Positions 9,278 to 18,732 of a DNA stretch of 64,000 nucleotides are shown here, piece by piece (the stretch's first letter is position 1; the number at the start of each line of letters is the position of its first letter). The DNA comes from Candidatus Aminicenantales bacterium (GTDB lineage: Bacteria; Acidobacteriota; Aminicenantia; Aminicenantales; Saccharicenantaceae): NCBI GenBank assembly GCA_050015275.1, contig JBEKBS010000010.1, positions 65,285 through 129,284 of the forward strand. The letters run 5' to 3'. A program made the position numbers and the translations under genes. The notes beneath the pieces were generated by a model. The model saw only the letters and a list, made by a program, of their open reading frames with translations, did not search any database and was not told the origin of the DNA.

Positions 9278-10770
9278 ACCGTCTTCCTTTCGATGAGCCG
9301 GCGGGCCTTTTCGAGCCCCTGCGCCCTGGTCTCGAAGCCGCCGTCGAGCTGCATCTTGGTGAGCTTCTTCAGGATCTTCCCCATGCCGGGCCCCGGAGGG
9401 ACGCCCAGGCCGATGAGGTCCCGGCCCATGATCAGGGGCTTGATCGTCTCCCTGTTGACCCGGAGTTCCTCGAACCGCCGGACGAGCCAGCGGGCCTCGC
9501 GGTCCAGGCCCCGGACAAGCCTCTTCCCGCGGCCGGCCCGGTCGGCCGCGTCGAGATAGATCATCAGGCTGATCTCCCCCCGGATCTCAGCCGCCAGACG
9601 GTTGAAGGCCTTTTTCGTGACCGATCCCCTGTTCTGCCAGAGCTCGGCGGCCCGATGATGGGTCCGGATGAGGAGGGGGACCATCTGACCCAAGGGATAT
9701 CCGTTCCAGGAGTGGATCCGGAAACGCGCCAGGACCTTCCCGGCCAGCCGGCCGCTCAGGACGTCGTGCCCGCAGGAGGTGATAGCCATCCGGCCCCGCT
9801 TGAATTCCCAGCGCGTGGTCGCCCGCTTGCCGATATCGTGATAGAGAGCGGCCAGGAGAAGGGTCAACGTCCTGGCCTGGTCGAGGCCGACGCCCCGGGC
9901 CAGGGAGGCCGCCTGGTCGACGGCGAGCTTCGTGTGCTGCCAGACCGTGTGGTGGCCGAAGGGGTCCTTTTCCGGGTGGAAGACCGAGTCCTGGATGACG
10001 AGGGCCAGGGCGCCGAGTTCGGGGAACAGCTCGTCCAGGACCCCGAGCTTGAAAAGCTCTTCGAGGCCCACCGAAGGCCGGGCCGACCCGAGGAGGATCT
10101 TGAACAGCTCCTCGTTGACCCGCTCGACGCTCAGGCCGCCGAGGTCGATGGACCGCGCGATCCCGTAGATCGCGGGATCGACGGAGAACCCGAGGACCGA
10201 GGCGAAACGGGCGACCCGCAGGATGCGGAGCGGGTCGTCGGGGAAGGCGCCGGGGTTCGTCAGCCTGATCCTTTTCGCCAGCGTATCTTCCCGGCCCCCG
10301 AAGGGATCGATGAGAACGCCGTCCTTGAGCCGGAGGGCCATGCTGTTGCAGCGGAAGTCGCGGCGCTCCAAGTCTTTTTCGATGGGCAGCTCCGGGTCGG
10401 CGGCGATGACGAAGTCTTTATGGCCCTTGGCCCCGCTCCCGCGGGGAAGGTCCTTCCTCGGCAGGGCGACATCGTAGGTCTTGCCGGCAAGCGTGAACTT
10501 GATGATCCCGAAGCTCTTCCCGACCAGGCCGACCCGGCCGTGTTTCCGGAGCTCGCGGACGATCTCCGTGATCGGCCGGCGGGCGACAAGGAGATCGACG
10601 TCGGGAGAGGGCGTCCCGCGGATGAGGTCGCGGACCGATCCGCCGACGGCGTAGACGTCCCCGCCGAAAAGCCTGACGAAGAGTTTCCGGTCGGCGAAAT
10701 CGAGCTTCAGCTGAGCCATCTCAATTTCATATTCTAGCAGGTTTTCCCGCGAGCTGGGAAGAAGATTCAT
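9274..10770 (-). CDS. cca: CCA-adding tRNA nucleotidyltransferase with HD domain
   Basis: Pol-beta nucleotidyltransferase motif GGSVRDLIRG...DVDL and HD motif LYHDIGK. An alternative start at MAQLK (10722) is possible. Confidence 0.85.
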   Translation of the reverse strand: MNLLPSSRENLLEYEIEMAQLKLDFADRKLFVRLFGGDVYAVGGSVRDLIRGTPSPDVDLLVARRPITEIVRELRKHGRVGLVGKSFGIIKFTLAGKTYDVALPRKDLPRGSGAKGHKDFVIAADPELPIEKDLERRDFRCNSMALRLKDGVLIDPFGGREDTLAKRIRLTNPGAFPDDPLRILRVARFASVLGFSVDPAIYGIARSIDLGGLSVERVNEELFKILLGSARPSVGLEELFKLGVLDELFPELGALALVIQDSVFHPEKDPFGHHTVWQHTKLAVDQAASLARGVGLDQARTLTLLLAALYHDIGKRATTRWEFKRGRMAITSCGHDVLSGRLAGKVLARFRIHSWNGYPLGQMVPLLIRTHHRAAELWQNRGSVTKKAFNRLAAEIRGEISLMIYLDAADRAGRGKRLVRGLDREARWLVRRFEELRVNRETIKPLIMGRDLIGLGVPPGPGMGKILKKLTKMQLDGGFETRAQGLEKARRLIERKTV

Positions 10771-10823
10771 GGGGACGGTCTTGCCCTTCTGAGAAAAACA
10801 GGACCGTCCTCCTTTATTCTTTC

Positions 10824-12044
10824 TTATTCGGAAAAATTAGCCAGGACCCCCTTGACCGCGTCCTTGTGGACCATGAACATCAGGGTCTTGAGCTTGATGT
10901 AGTCGTCCCGGTAGAAATAATACCCTTTGTGGTCGCTCCGGTAGGCGTTCTCCCAAGAGTCCTTGATCAGGAACCAGACGTCCTTGCCTTCCTTATACCC
11001 CACGCAGTGGACCGCATGGTCGTCCGTGGAGCTTCCCGAGACGAAGCGGTACTCCCGGCTCGACTGGTCGATGAAGTTCCGGGGAATATCGAACGAAGGA
11101 ACGATGGCGATGCCGAGCTCCCCGCAGTATCCCGGTTCGGTGAAGTCCACGGCCAGGTCGGCCGAGTACCCCCGCCGGAGGGCCCGGAGGAGCGCCAGCG
11201 AAAATTCGAAAAGGGGCAGGTTGTGGTAGTCGCGGCCGTGTCCCCAGTTGTCGGGGACCCTGTATTCGCCCTTCGTGTAGAACGGGAGGTAAGAGAAGCT
11301 GATGAAAGAGACGTAATCCGCGGGGTTGAGGCCCAAGGTCCGCTCGAGGAATTGCTTCGGGGTCTGGGCGAGGCCGTCCACGGTGATCCTCTCCGGAGGT
11401 TTTCCCAGGTGCCGGTCGAGGATCTCCCGGACGCCGGCGATGGCCCGGGCCTCGTCCCAGTCGCCGCGGGCCTTGAGGCCCTCCAGATAAGCCTTGAACT
11501 CGCGGAAGAGCGGGCCATGGTCGTGCTCCGTACGCCCGGGGGGAAGGCCCGGATAATCGGCTTCGCGGACGAGGCCGTACTGCTTGACGCGCTCGAGCGC
11601 CGAGTTAGGCTCGGAGCCCTGGCCGAGGAACGACCCCCCCCTTTCCCGGACGAAGCGGCGGCCCTTCTCGACATATTCCCAGTAGACGATGTACATCTCG
11701 GACAGCTTGACGTCCGCCTTGCCGAGGCGCCTCGCTTCGGATTCAAGAAGCGAGGTCGCGGCGAACGACCAGCAGGTCCCGGTCTTTCCCTGCCGGACGG
11801 GGGGGAGGTGCGGGAGTTCGGTGAATTCTCCGGTCTTCGTCGGCCGTTCGACCTTGGCGAAGTCCATGGCCAGGACGGTCTCCTCCACGCCGCCCGCGGT
11901 CCTCTTGACGTAGACGGCTTCGTCCCTGCCCAGCTTCTCGGCGACCCTCTCGCCCTTCGGGGCCTCGTCCTTGCGGCAGGAAACGGCCAAGAGGGCCACG
12001 ATCGCCAGCGACGGGAACGCGATGACCCAAGCTCTCTTCCGCAC
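10824..12044 (-). CDS. Papain-family (C1B, aminopeptidase C / bleomycin hydrolase-like) cysteine peptidase, predicted lipoprotein
   Basis: The catalytic Cys region is QGKTGTCWSFAATSLLESE, with His and Asn C-terminal. A GTG start at 12044 lies 6 nt after GGAGAGGAGG, giving MRKRAWVIAFPSLAIVALLAVSC (lipobox). The in-frame extension upstream to 12146 lacks a ribosome-binding site. Confidence 0.7.
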   Translation of the reverse strand: MRKRAWVIAFPSLAIVALLAVSCRKDEAPKGERVAEKLGRDEAVYVKRTAGGVEETVLAMDFAKVERPTKTGEFTELPHLPPVRQGKTGTCWSFAATSLLESEARRLGKADVKLSEMYIVYWEYVEKGRRFVRERGGSFLGQGSEPNSALERVKQYGLVREADYPGLPPGRTEHDHGPLFREFKAYLEGLKARGDWDEARAIAGVREILDRHLGKPPERITVDGLAQTPKQFLERTLGLNPADYVSFISFSYLPFYTKGEYRVPDNWGHGRDYHNLPLFEFSLALLRALRRGYSADLAVDFTEPGYCGELGIAIVPSFDIPRNFIDQSSREYRFVSGSSTDDHAVHCVGYKEGKDVWFLIKDSWENAYRSDHKGYYFYRDDYIKLKTLMFMVHKDAVKGVLANFSE

Positions 12045-12200
12045 AGACAGCCTCCTCTCCGGGCACCTCGCCGGCCCGGCCTCGAAGCATATCCTTTCGG
12101 GCGGCAAAAAACAATGGCCCGGTCCGGGAAGCAGAGCGTTTTTCAATGGTCGCGCCGGCTTGTCTCACGGGTTCTTTTCGTGTATCCTAGGGATTTCAAA

Positions 12201-13082
12201 ATGATAATATTCCAGCGGAACCCAGTCCTGCCGCGGTTCGCGGCGCAGATCCTGTTCGTCTTCGCGGCCTTTTCGGCTGCGGTCCCCCTTTGGAGTATTG
12301 CGGGCGGCTTCCCGCGGGAGGACATTTCGCTTTCTCTGAGGGAAAAAGTCATCCAGGACCTCAGCTCATCCGGCCTCACCCTGGCCTTCCACATCAATGT
12401 CACGAACGGAGCGGCGTCGGATCGGAAGCTCGTCCGGTACCGCTATCGGGTCATCATCAACCAGAGGGAATTCCTCAACATGTCCGTGAGCCTCGACGAA
12501 CCGCTCTCCCTGCCCGGCGGGCGGGACACCTTGATCGCCCTGCCCGTAAAGATCTCCTACGCCTTGCTCTTCGAGGCCGTGGGCCCGATCGAGGAAAAAG
12601 CCTTGTGCGACATCGTCGGGGACATGTTCTTCACCGATGACAGGAAACGTGAGGAGAGGGCGGGGTTCGCCTTTCCGGGAGAGTTCCCCATCTTCAAGGA
12701 CCCGGAGGTCGATTTCCTTCCCGTTAAGGTCAACGACCTGACCGTCGGCGGGGCCGACCTCGTCTTCCGGCCCCGGTTCAAGAACCTCAACGGCTACGAG
12801 CTCATCGTCAGCCGGATCAATTACAGCCTGTCGTTCGGGGAAAAAGAGGTCCTTTCCGGCCTCGTCCCCGGAGACAAGAGCCTGCCGCGCTCGGGTGAGC
12901 GGATCTTTTCCCTGCCTTTCATCATCGATTTCTTCGAGGCTGGAAAGGACGTCCGGGACCTTTTTCAGAAGCCGGCCATGCCCTGCCGCTTGGCAGGCGA
13001 GATGGAGATCGCTTCCGTTTGGGGCCGGCTCCTCATCCATTTCGACAAATCCCAGACCGTGCCGGTCGAGAAGCCGTCCTGA
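12201..13082 (+). CDS. Secreted protein with two LEA-2/WHy-like repeats (hypothetical)
   Basis: Signal peptide MIIFQRNPVLPRFAAQILFVFAAFSAAVPLWS, and two internally repeated ~110-aa beta-rich units. The track ORF 10866-13082 is read-through, and the real start is the ATG at 12201, downstream of a TTGTCT-17-TATCCT promoter. Confidence 0.5.
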   Translation: MIIFQRNPVLPRFAAQILFVFAAFSAAVPLWSIAGGFPREDISLSLREKVIQDLSSSGLTLAFHINVTNGAASDRKLVRYRYRVIINQREFLNMSVSLDEPLSLPGGRDTLIALPVKISYALLFEAVGPIEEKALCDIVGDMFFTDDRKREERAGFAFPGEFPIFKDPEVDFLPVKVNDLTVGGADLVFRPRFKNLNGYELIVSRINYSLSFGEKEVLSGLVPGDKSLPRSGERIFSLPFIIDFFEAGKDVRDLFQKPAMPCRLAGEMEIASVWGRLLIHFDKSQTVPVEKPS

Positions 13083-13140
13083 CAGCGGGCCGTCGGGCCG
13101 GGATAGCAACGGCCCAGGCCATATCCTTGAAGTAACCCAT

Positions 13141-13168
13141 AAAAAAAGGGCCGGCTTGCGGCCGGCCC
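13141..13168 (-). terminator. Rho-independent terminator for the outer-membrane-protein gene at 13204-13983
   Basis: On the minus strand: hairpin GGGCCGGCC-gcaa-GCCGGCCC followed by a 7-T run. Confidence 0.7.
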
Positions 13169-13203
13169 TGTTCGAGGCGGGAAGAGGCTGGTTGGCCGGG
13201 GTC

Positions 13204-13983
13204 TCAGAACCAGTAATTGAACCCGATGCTGAGCGAGAGTCCGCTCAGGTCGAACTTCTCGTATTCCGGGGAGGGGAAAGCTTCGTGGAAATTGACCGTG
13301 ACGTAATGATAGCGGGCTTCGGCCTCGATGGTCATCCGGTATCCGATGGGGATCATGACCCCGGCGAAGGCGTGGCCGCCGAGGACGAGACGGGTCTCGT
13401 GGGCGTCGGCCCCGACGACCGGATAGACCGACACATCGCCCAAGACGGGGTCGGTATAGGTATATGGCTGGCTGAAATCGACGATTGATCCCCAGACGCT
13501 CGCGCTCACGAAGTAGGCCCCGATGCCGCCGCCCACGTAAGGAATGACCCGCGCTTTGCGTCCGAGCGGCGTGACCTTTAGAGAGAACTGGACGGGCACC
13601 ATCGACACGTGGAAAGTGTGCAGGATATCAGATCCGTTATAAGATTGCGCCGGAAAGGCGAAATCGCCGTTCGTGAGCGTGTTCGACACCCAATTCACGT
13701 AGTATCCGCCGTTTTCTTTGTCATAAAAGTCCACCGAAATGGCGAAGCTGAGCTGCGGGGTCAGAAAGAACTCATATCCCGCACCCAAGATGGACCCCCG
13801 GAAATCGCTCTTCTGGAAGCTCATCTGGGAGAGTTCGATGGCCCACAGGCTGTCGGGGTGGGCCCCCAGGTCGCTCAAGGCCTGGGGCATATAATAGCCG
13901 AGCCTTACGGTCAGCATGTCGGAATACGCCAAAGAAGGAATAAGGACGATCAGAGCCGCCAGCAGGATGGTCGCTTTTTTCAT
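13204..13983 (-). CDS. Outer-membrane beta-barrel protein (OmpW/OmpA-like fold family)
   Basis: Signal peptide MKKATILLAALIVLIPSLAYS, alternating amphipathic beta-strands, and the C-terminal aromatic signature GFNYWF. A ribosome-binding site GAGGAG precedes the start at 13983. Confidence 0.75.
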   Translation of the reverse strand: MKKATILLAALIVLIPSLAYSDMLTVRLGYYMPQALSDLGAHPDSLWAIELSQMSFQKSDFRGSILGAGYEFFLTPQLSFAISVDFYDKENGGYYVNWVSNTLTNGDFAFPAQSYNGSDILHTFHVSMVPVQFSLKVTPLGRKARVIPYVGGGIGAYFVSASVWGSIVDFSQPYTYTDPVLGDVSVYPVVGADAHETRLVLGGHAFAGVMIPIGYRMTIEAEARYHYVTVNFHEAFPSPEYEKFDLSGLSLSIGFNYWF

Positions 13984-14159
13984 ATTATTTCTCCTCACGC
14001 CTATTATTATAGCAAAAACCGTGCCAGAAAGGGCGGAGGCGGGACCAGGGAGAGGGGAGGGCAGGAAGTGTGGCAAAAAAAGGTCAGATGTCCTCCGAAG
14101 CGGCCCGGGTTGACATTTGGGCCTCCCCCTCTTACCATTCCGTTGGGGCCAACGAATCC

Positions 14160-14798
14160 ATGAAGACGAGGATCCTGAAGATAAACCCGGCCATCGTCGA
14201 TCCCGGCCTGATCGGGGAGGTCGCGTCCGTCCTCCTGAAGGACGGGGTCATGGCTTATCCGACGGAGACATTCTACGGGCTGGGGGCTGCCGGGCTTTCG
14301 GCGAAGGCCGTTTCAAGGATCTATCAAATGAAAGGCCGGGATCACGCCAAGCCCCTCTCGGTCATCGCCGGCGACCTGGACATGGTCCGGGAGATCGCCG
14401 GGCCCCTGACGCCGGCCTTCCTGACCTTGGCCGGGGAGTTCTGGCCCGGGCCTCTGACCCTCGTCGTCAAATCCGCCCCTTCGCTCCCTGCCTTCTTGAT
14501 CGGACCCGGCGGCACGATCGCGGTCCGCATCCCGCCCGTCGCCTGGATCCGAAGGCTCGTCTATGAAATGAGCCAGCCGCTGACCGCGACGAGCGCCAAC
14601 CTCTCAGGGGAAAAAGGGATGTCCGACCCGGCCGATGTGGTCGCCGGTTTCAACGGGAAGGTCGAGCTGATCGTCGACGGCGGGAAGACGCCCGGGGCCG
14701 CGCCGTCCACGATCGTGGACCTGGCCGGGCCCGAACCACGGATCCTTCGGGAAGGGATGATCCCGGCGGAAAAGATCAGGGCCGCCCTCAAGAGTTGA
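14160..14798 (+). CDS. tsaC: L-threonylcarbamoyladenylate synthase (YrdC/Sua5 family)
   Basis: YrdC-domain motifs VMAYPTETFYGLG ... KGRDHAKPLSV ... TATSANLSG are present. I chose the start at MKTRILK. Confidence 0.85.
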   Translation: MKTRILKINPAIVDPGLIGEVASVLLKDGVMAYPTETFYGLGAAGLSAKAVSRIYQMKGRDHAKPLSVIAGDLDMVREIAGPLTPAFLTLAGEFWPGPLTLVVKSAPSLPAFLIGPGGTIAVRIPPVAWIRRLVYEMSQPLTATSANLSGEKGMSDPADVVAGFNGKVELIVDGGKTPGAAPSTIVDLAGPEPRILREGMIPAEKIRAALKS

Positions 14799-14838
14799 CG
14801 GCCGATCGAGGCCGCAGCCCTGTCGCCCGGGTTCCCTC

Positions 14839-16812
14839 TTACTTCACGACCGCGCCGGCCACGACGTCCCGGTCGAAGAAGGGGATGACGGCCTTGTCGT
14901 CGACGACCGCCGCTAGGAGCATGGCCTGGGATTCGACGCCCCGGATGACGGCGGGCTTCAGGTTGCAGATGACGATGAGCCTTTTTCCGACCAGGTCCTC
15001 GGGCGAGTAGGTTTCGGCAACTCCGGCCACCATCTGCCGCTTCTCAGTCCCGATGTCCACTTCGAGCTTGAGGAGCTTTGTCGCGCCCGGGATCCGCTCG
15101 GCCGTGAGAATGCGAGCGACCCGGAGGTCCATCTTCTTGAATTCGTCGTAGGTGATGATGTCCATTGCTTTCGGTCCCTCCTTTTTTGTTTCGGCCGTCA
15201 AAGCGGGAGTAGGCCGGGGAGCGGCCGCCGCTCCGGCCTGTTCTTCGCCCAGGAAATCTTTCAGGGCCACCCGCGGGAAAAGCGCCTGGGGCGTCCCGAC
15301 CTTTCGGCCGGGCTTGAGATCGTCGAAGCTCAAGGTCTCGAACCGGACCTGAGCCGGCGTTTTCCCTTCCCCGAGGAACTCCCAGATCTTTTCCGCCGAC
15401 CCCGGCATCACGGGGAAGATGAGATAGGCGACGCCCCGGATGGCCGCTGCGGCCTGGAAGAGGACCCGGGCGAGCCGGCCTTTCCGGCTGGGGTCTTTGG
15501 CCAGGATCCACGGCTCGTTGTCCGCGAGGTACTTGTTGACGAGGCTGACGTAGCCCCAGATCTCCTCGAGGGCCTTGTTCAGGGCGCAGGAGTCATAGTG
15601 GTCGAAGACCCGGGACTTGAGGCTCTCGAATTCCGTCCGCAGCCGTGGGTCCTCGCCGGACTCGGCGTCCATGTCGGCGATGACGCCGCCGAAGTAATTC
15701 CGGATCATCGTCAACGTCCGCTGGACCAGGTTCCCCAGGTCGTTGGCCAGGTCGGAGTTGACCCGGTGGAGGAAACCCTCGTGGGAAAAATTTCCGTCCT
15801 GGCCGATGGGGATCTCCCGGAGGAGGAAATACCGCAGCGGGTCGGGCCCGAAGGTCTTGAGGATCGCGTGGGGGTCCAGGACATTGCCCTTGGACTTGGA
15901 CATCTTGGTATCGTCCTTGAGCCACCAGCCGTGGCCGTAGACCGTGCGGGGGAGGGATAAGCCGGCCGCCATCAGGAAGGCCGGCCAGTAGACGGCGTGG
16001 AACCTGAGGATGTCCTTGCCGACGAGGTGGATGGTTGCGGGCCAGAATTTCTCGAAGAGGGCCGGATTCCAGCCGTAACCGACACCCGTCACATAGTTAT
16101 GGAGGGCGTCGAACCAGACGTAGATCGTGTGGGCCGGGTCGCCTGGCACGGGCACGCCCCACTTGACGGTGGTCCTCGTGATGCTCAGGTCCTTGAGCCC
16201 GCCCCGGACGAAGCTCGCGACCTCGTTCATCCGGCTCTGCGGCCGGACGAATTCCGGATGGGCTTCGTAAAGGTCGAGAAGCTTCTCCTGATAGGCCGAA
16301 AGTCTGAAGAAATAGGTCGGCTCGGAGACGACCGTGGCCTTCTTGCCGCAGTCGGGACAGGCCTTGCATCCTCCCTTGTCGAGCGGCACGTCGTCGGCGA
16401 GGAAATTCTCGTCGGAGACGCAGTACCAGCCCTTGTATTCGCCCTTGTAGATATCGCCCTGGTCGAGAAGCTCCTGGAAGAGCTTCTGGACGCCCCGCTC
16501 ATGGAAGTCCATGGTCGTCCGGATGAAAAAATCGTAGGAGATGTTCAGGGCCTTCCAGAGGTCCTGGGCCCGGCCGACGACCGAATCCGCCAGGGCCTTG
16601 GGCGTCATTCCCTTTTCCGCGGCCGCCTTCTCGATCTTCTGCCCGTGTTCGTCCGTCCCCGTCAGGAAGAAGACCTCCTTCCCGGCGAGTTTCTGGAACC
16701 GGGCCAGGGCGTCGGCGATGATCGTCGTGTAGGCGTGCCCGATATGGGGCACGTCGTTGACGTAGTAGATCGGCGTCGTTATGTAAAACGTTCCGTCAGA
16801 TTTCTTTTCCAC
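14839..16812 (-). CDS. metG: Methionine--tRNA ligase with C-terminal tRNA-binding (EMAP/Trbp111-like) domain
   Basis: HIGH motif (PHIGHAYT), KMSKS, and a zinc knuckle CxxC...CPDC. A GTG start at 16812 is preceded by GGAGGAG. Confidence 0.95.
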   Translation of the reverse strand: MEKKSDGTFYITTPIYYVNDVPHIGHAYTTIIADALARFQKLAGKEVFFLTGTDEHGQKIEKAAAEKGMTPKALADSVVGRAQDLWKALNISYDFFIRTTMDFHERGVQKLFQELLDQGDIYKGEYKGWYCVSDENFLADDVPLDKGGCKACPDCGKKATVVSEPTYFFRLSAYQEKLLDLYEAHPEFVRPQSRMNEVASFVRGGLKDLSITRTTVKWGVPVPGDPAHTIYVWFDALHNYVTGVGYGWNPALFEKFWPATIHLVGKDILRFHAVYWPAFLMAAGLSLPRTVYGHGWWLKDDTKMSKSKGNVLDPHAILKTFGPDPLRYFLLREIPIGQDGNFSHEGFLHRVNSDLANDLGNLVQRTLTMIRNYFGGVIADMDAESGEDPRLRTEFESLKSRVFDHYDSCALNKALEEIWGYVSLVNKYLADNEPWILAKDPSRKGRLARVLFQAAAAIRGVAYLIFPVMPGSAEKIWEFLGEGKTPAQVRFETLSFDDLKPGRKVGTPQALFPRVALKDFLGEEQAGAAAAPRPTPALTAETKKEGPKAMDIITYDEFKKMDLRVARILTAERIPGATKLLKLEVDIGTEKRQMVAGVAETYSPEDLVGKRLIVICNLKPAVIRGVESQAMLLAAVVDDKAVIPFFDRDVVAGAVVK

Positions 16813-17377
16813 TGAGAGCTCCTCCTCGGATGAACATCATGGCCTCGGCCCGGGTCGCCGGGTTCGTCCGGAAGGACCCTCGGACGGCGGAGGTCACCGT
16901 GATCGATTTGGGCTTCTTGGCCCCTCGCATGGACATGCACATGTGTTCGGCCTCGATCACGACCATGACGCCCAGGGGCTTCAGGTGCGCGTCGAGGAGG
17001 TCGGCGATCTGTTTCGTCAACCGTTCCTGGACCTGAAGCCGCCTGGAAAGCTCCTCCACCACCCGGGCAATCTTGCTCAGCCCGACGATCCGACCGCCCT
17101 TGGGGATGTAGGCGACGTGGGCGACCCCGGCGAAAGGCAGGAGATGATGTTCGCACATCGAATACAAGGGGATGTTCTTGACCAGGACCATCTCGTCGTG
17201 CTTCTCGTCCTCGATGACCCGGAGGGTCCGGGTCGCCTCCTTCTCGGTCCCGCCGAGGATCTCGGCGAACATCCGGGCCACGCGTTGGGGCGTTTCCCTG
17301 ATCCCGGCCCTCCGCGGGTCCTCACCGACGCCCTCGAGGACGAGCCGGACCCCTTTTTCGATCTTCTTGATGTCCAT
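16796..17377 (-). CDS. folE: GTP cyclohydrolase I
   Basis: FolE-I core motifs [10 protein letters not shown] and [14 protein letters not shown]. Its 3' end overlaps the metG start by 17 nt. Confidence 0.95.
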   Translation of the reverse strand: MDIKKIEKGVRLVLEGVGEDPRRAGIRETPQRVARMFAEILGGTEKEATRTLRVIEDEKHDEMVLVKNIPLYSMCEHHLLPFAGVAHVAYIPKGGRIVGLSKIARVVEELSRRLQVQERLTKQIADLLDAHLKPLGVMVVIEAEHMCMSMRGAKKPKSITVTSAVRGSFRTNPATRAEAMMFIRGGALSGKEI

Positions 17378-17407
17378 CGTCGCTCCTTCGCCCCGGCCGC
17401 CGTCCCG

Positions 17408-18577
17408 CTAGCGGTTCCTGTAATATTCGCGGACGGCCAGCTGGGCGATCTCCTTGAGAGGCCTTTTCGTCTTCCGGGCGGCCTTCACGCAGTCCTCGTA
17501 CTCGGGGAGGGCGTTGACCCGTTTCCCCCCGAGAGAGCCGACCTTGACACCGACCGGCTCCCCGGCGACCCGCACGGTTGTGAAGGCACGGTCAAGGACG
17601 CGCCGTTCGACAGGGAAGTAGCGGACGCCGATGGATGTTGTTTCCCTGAAAACGGCCTCTATGAGAGCGTCCAGCCTATCCGTTGGCGCGAGCAGGGTCA
17701 ATTTGGTCCCCAGCCGGTTCTTCTTCATCACGACGGGGGAGAGCGTGGCATCCAGGGCCCCTCGCTTGAAGGCCGACTCGAGGAAATGAGCCAGGAGCTG
17801 GGGGGAGGCGTCATCGAGCGTCGCCTCGATGACGAAAACGCGCTTGCCCGCCTCGAAATGCCGCGCGTCGCCGTAAAACACCCGCAGGACGTTCGGCATC
17901 TCGCGAAAATCCTTGCTCCCCGCGCCATACCCGATCCTGTCGTAAACGAGCTCGGGAAGCTTGGTGAAATGGCTGACAAGGGTTGAAGCGATGGCGGCCC
18001 CGGTCGGCGTGACGAGCTCGGACGCGACCCAGGCGGAATAAACAGGCGCTCCCTTGAGGAGCTCGGCCACGGCCGGCGGCGGGACGGACAGGACGCCGTG
18101 CGAGGTTTTGACCCATCCGGAACCAACGTTGAGGGGGGAGGCGTGGAATTCCCCGACCTTGAGCTCCTCGGCCAGGAACGCCGAGCCGACAATGTCGACG
18201 AGGGCGTCGTCGGCACCGGCCTCGTGGAGGTGGGCTTCCCGGAGTTTCCGGCCGTGGACTTTGGCCTCGGCTTCGAACAGCCTCCGGAAGATCGCGACGG
18301 CCCGGTCCTTGACCGCTCCCGCGAACCGGCTCCGGACGATGATTTTCTCCACGTCCGCCAGCGTCCGCTCGACTTGCTTGTCCGCCCGGATTAGGACGTC
18401 CACCTTGAGGGCCCCGAAAGCGCCCCGCCGGACGCGGCGGACCTTGATCTCAACGGGGAGGCGGAGCCCGGCCATCCTCTCCTTGAAAAGGTCATGGTCG
18501 ACGCCGAGGTCGAGAAGGGCGCCGAGGATCATGTCGCCGCTCAGCCCGGACGATCCGTCAAAATAGGCGTATTTCAT
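17408..18577 (-). CDS. larC: LarC-family (DUF111) nickel-insertion protein
   Basis: The N-terminus MKYAYFDGSSGLSGDMILGALLDLGV is the TIGR00299/DUF111 signature. I chose the start at 18577. Confidence 0.75.
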   Translation of the reverse strand: MKYAYFDGSSGLSGDMILGALLDLGVDHDLFKERMAGLRLPVEIKVRRVRRGAFGALKVDVLIRADKQVERTLADVEKIIVRSRFAGAVKDRAVAIFRRLFEAEAKVHGRKLREAHLHEAGADDALVDIVGSAFLAEELKVGEFHASPLNVGSGWVKTSHGVLSVPPPAVAELLKGAPVYSAWVASELVTPTGAAIASTLVSHFTKLPELVYDRIGYGAGSKDFREMPNVLRVFYGDARHFEAGKRVFVIEATLDDASPQLLAHFLESAFKRGALDATLSPVVMKKNRLGTKLTLLAPTDRLDALIEAVFRETTSIGVRYFPVERRVLDRAFTTVRVAGEPVGVKVGSLGGKRVNALPEYEDCVKAARKTKRPLKEIAQLAVREYYRNR

Positions 18578-18732
18578 GCCGTTTATCCTTTTGGGAGCAC
18601 CGCCATGGCACGTCAAATTCGCCCCATAGGATATCGCTTTCCCGGCAAAAAAGCAAAGAGACGTGGACGATGAACAGGATGGCCGCTTGACTTGATCGCG
18701 CGGAAAAAGGTATATGAGGACGAGGGCCTGCT

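Noticed and set aside
10866-12200. 5' two-thirds of the 738-aa plus-strand ORF 10866-13082
   Set aside because: This is stop-free read-through antisense to the C1B peptidase gene. The real gene starts at the ATG at 12201, downstream of a promoter and encoding a signal peptide.
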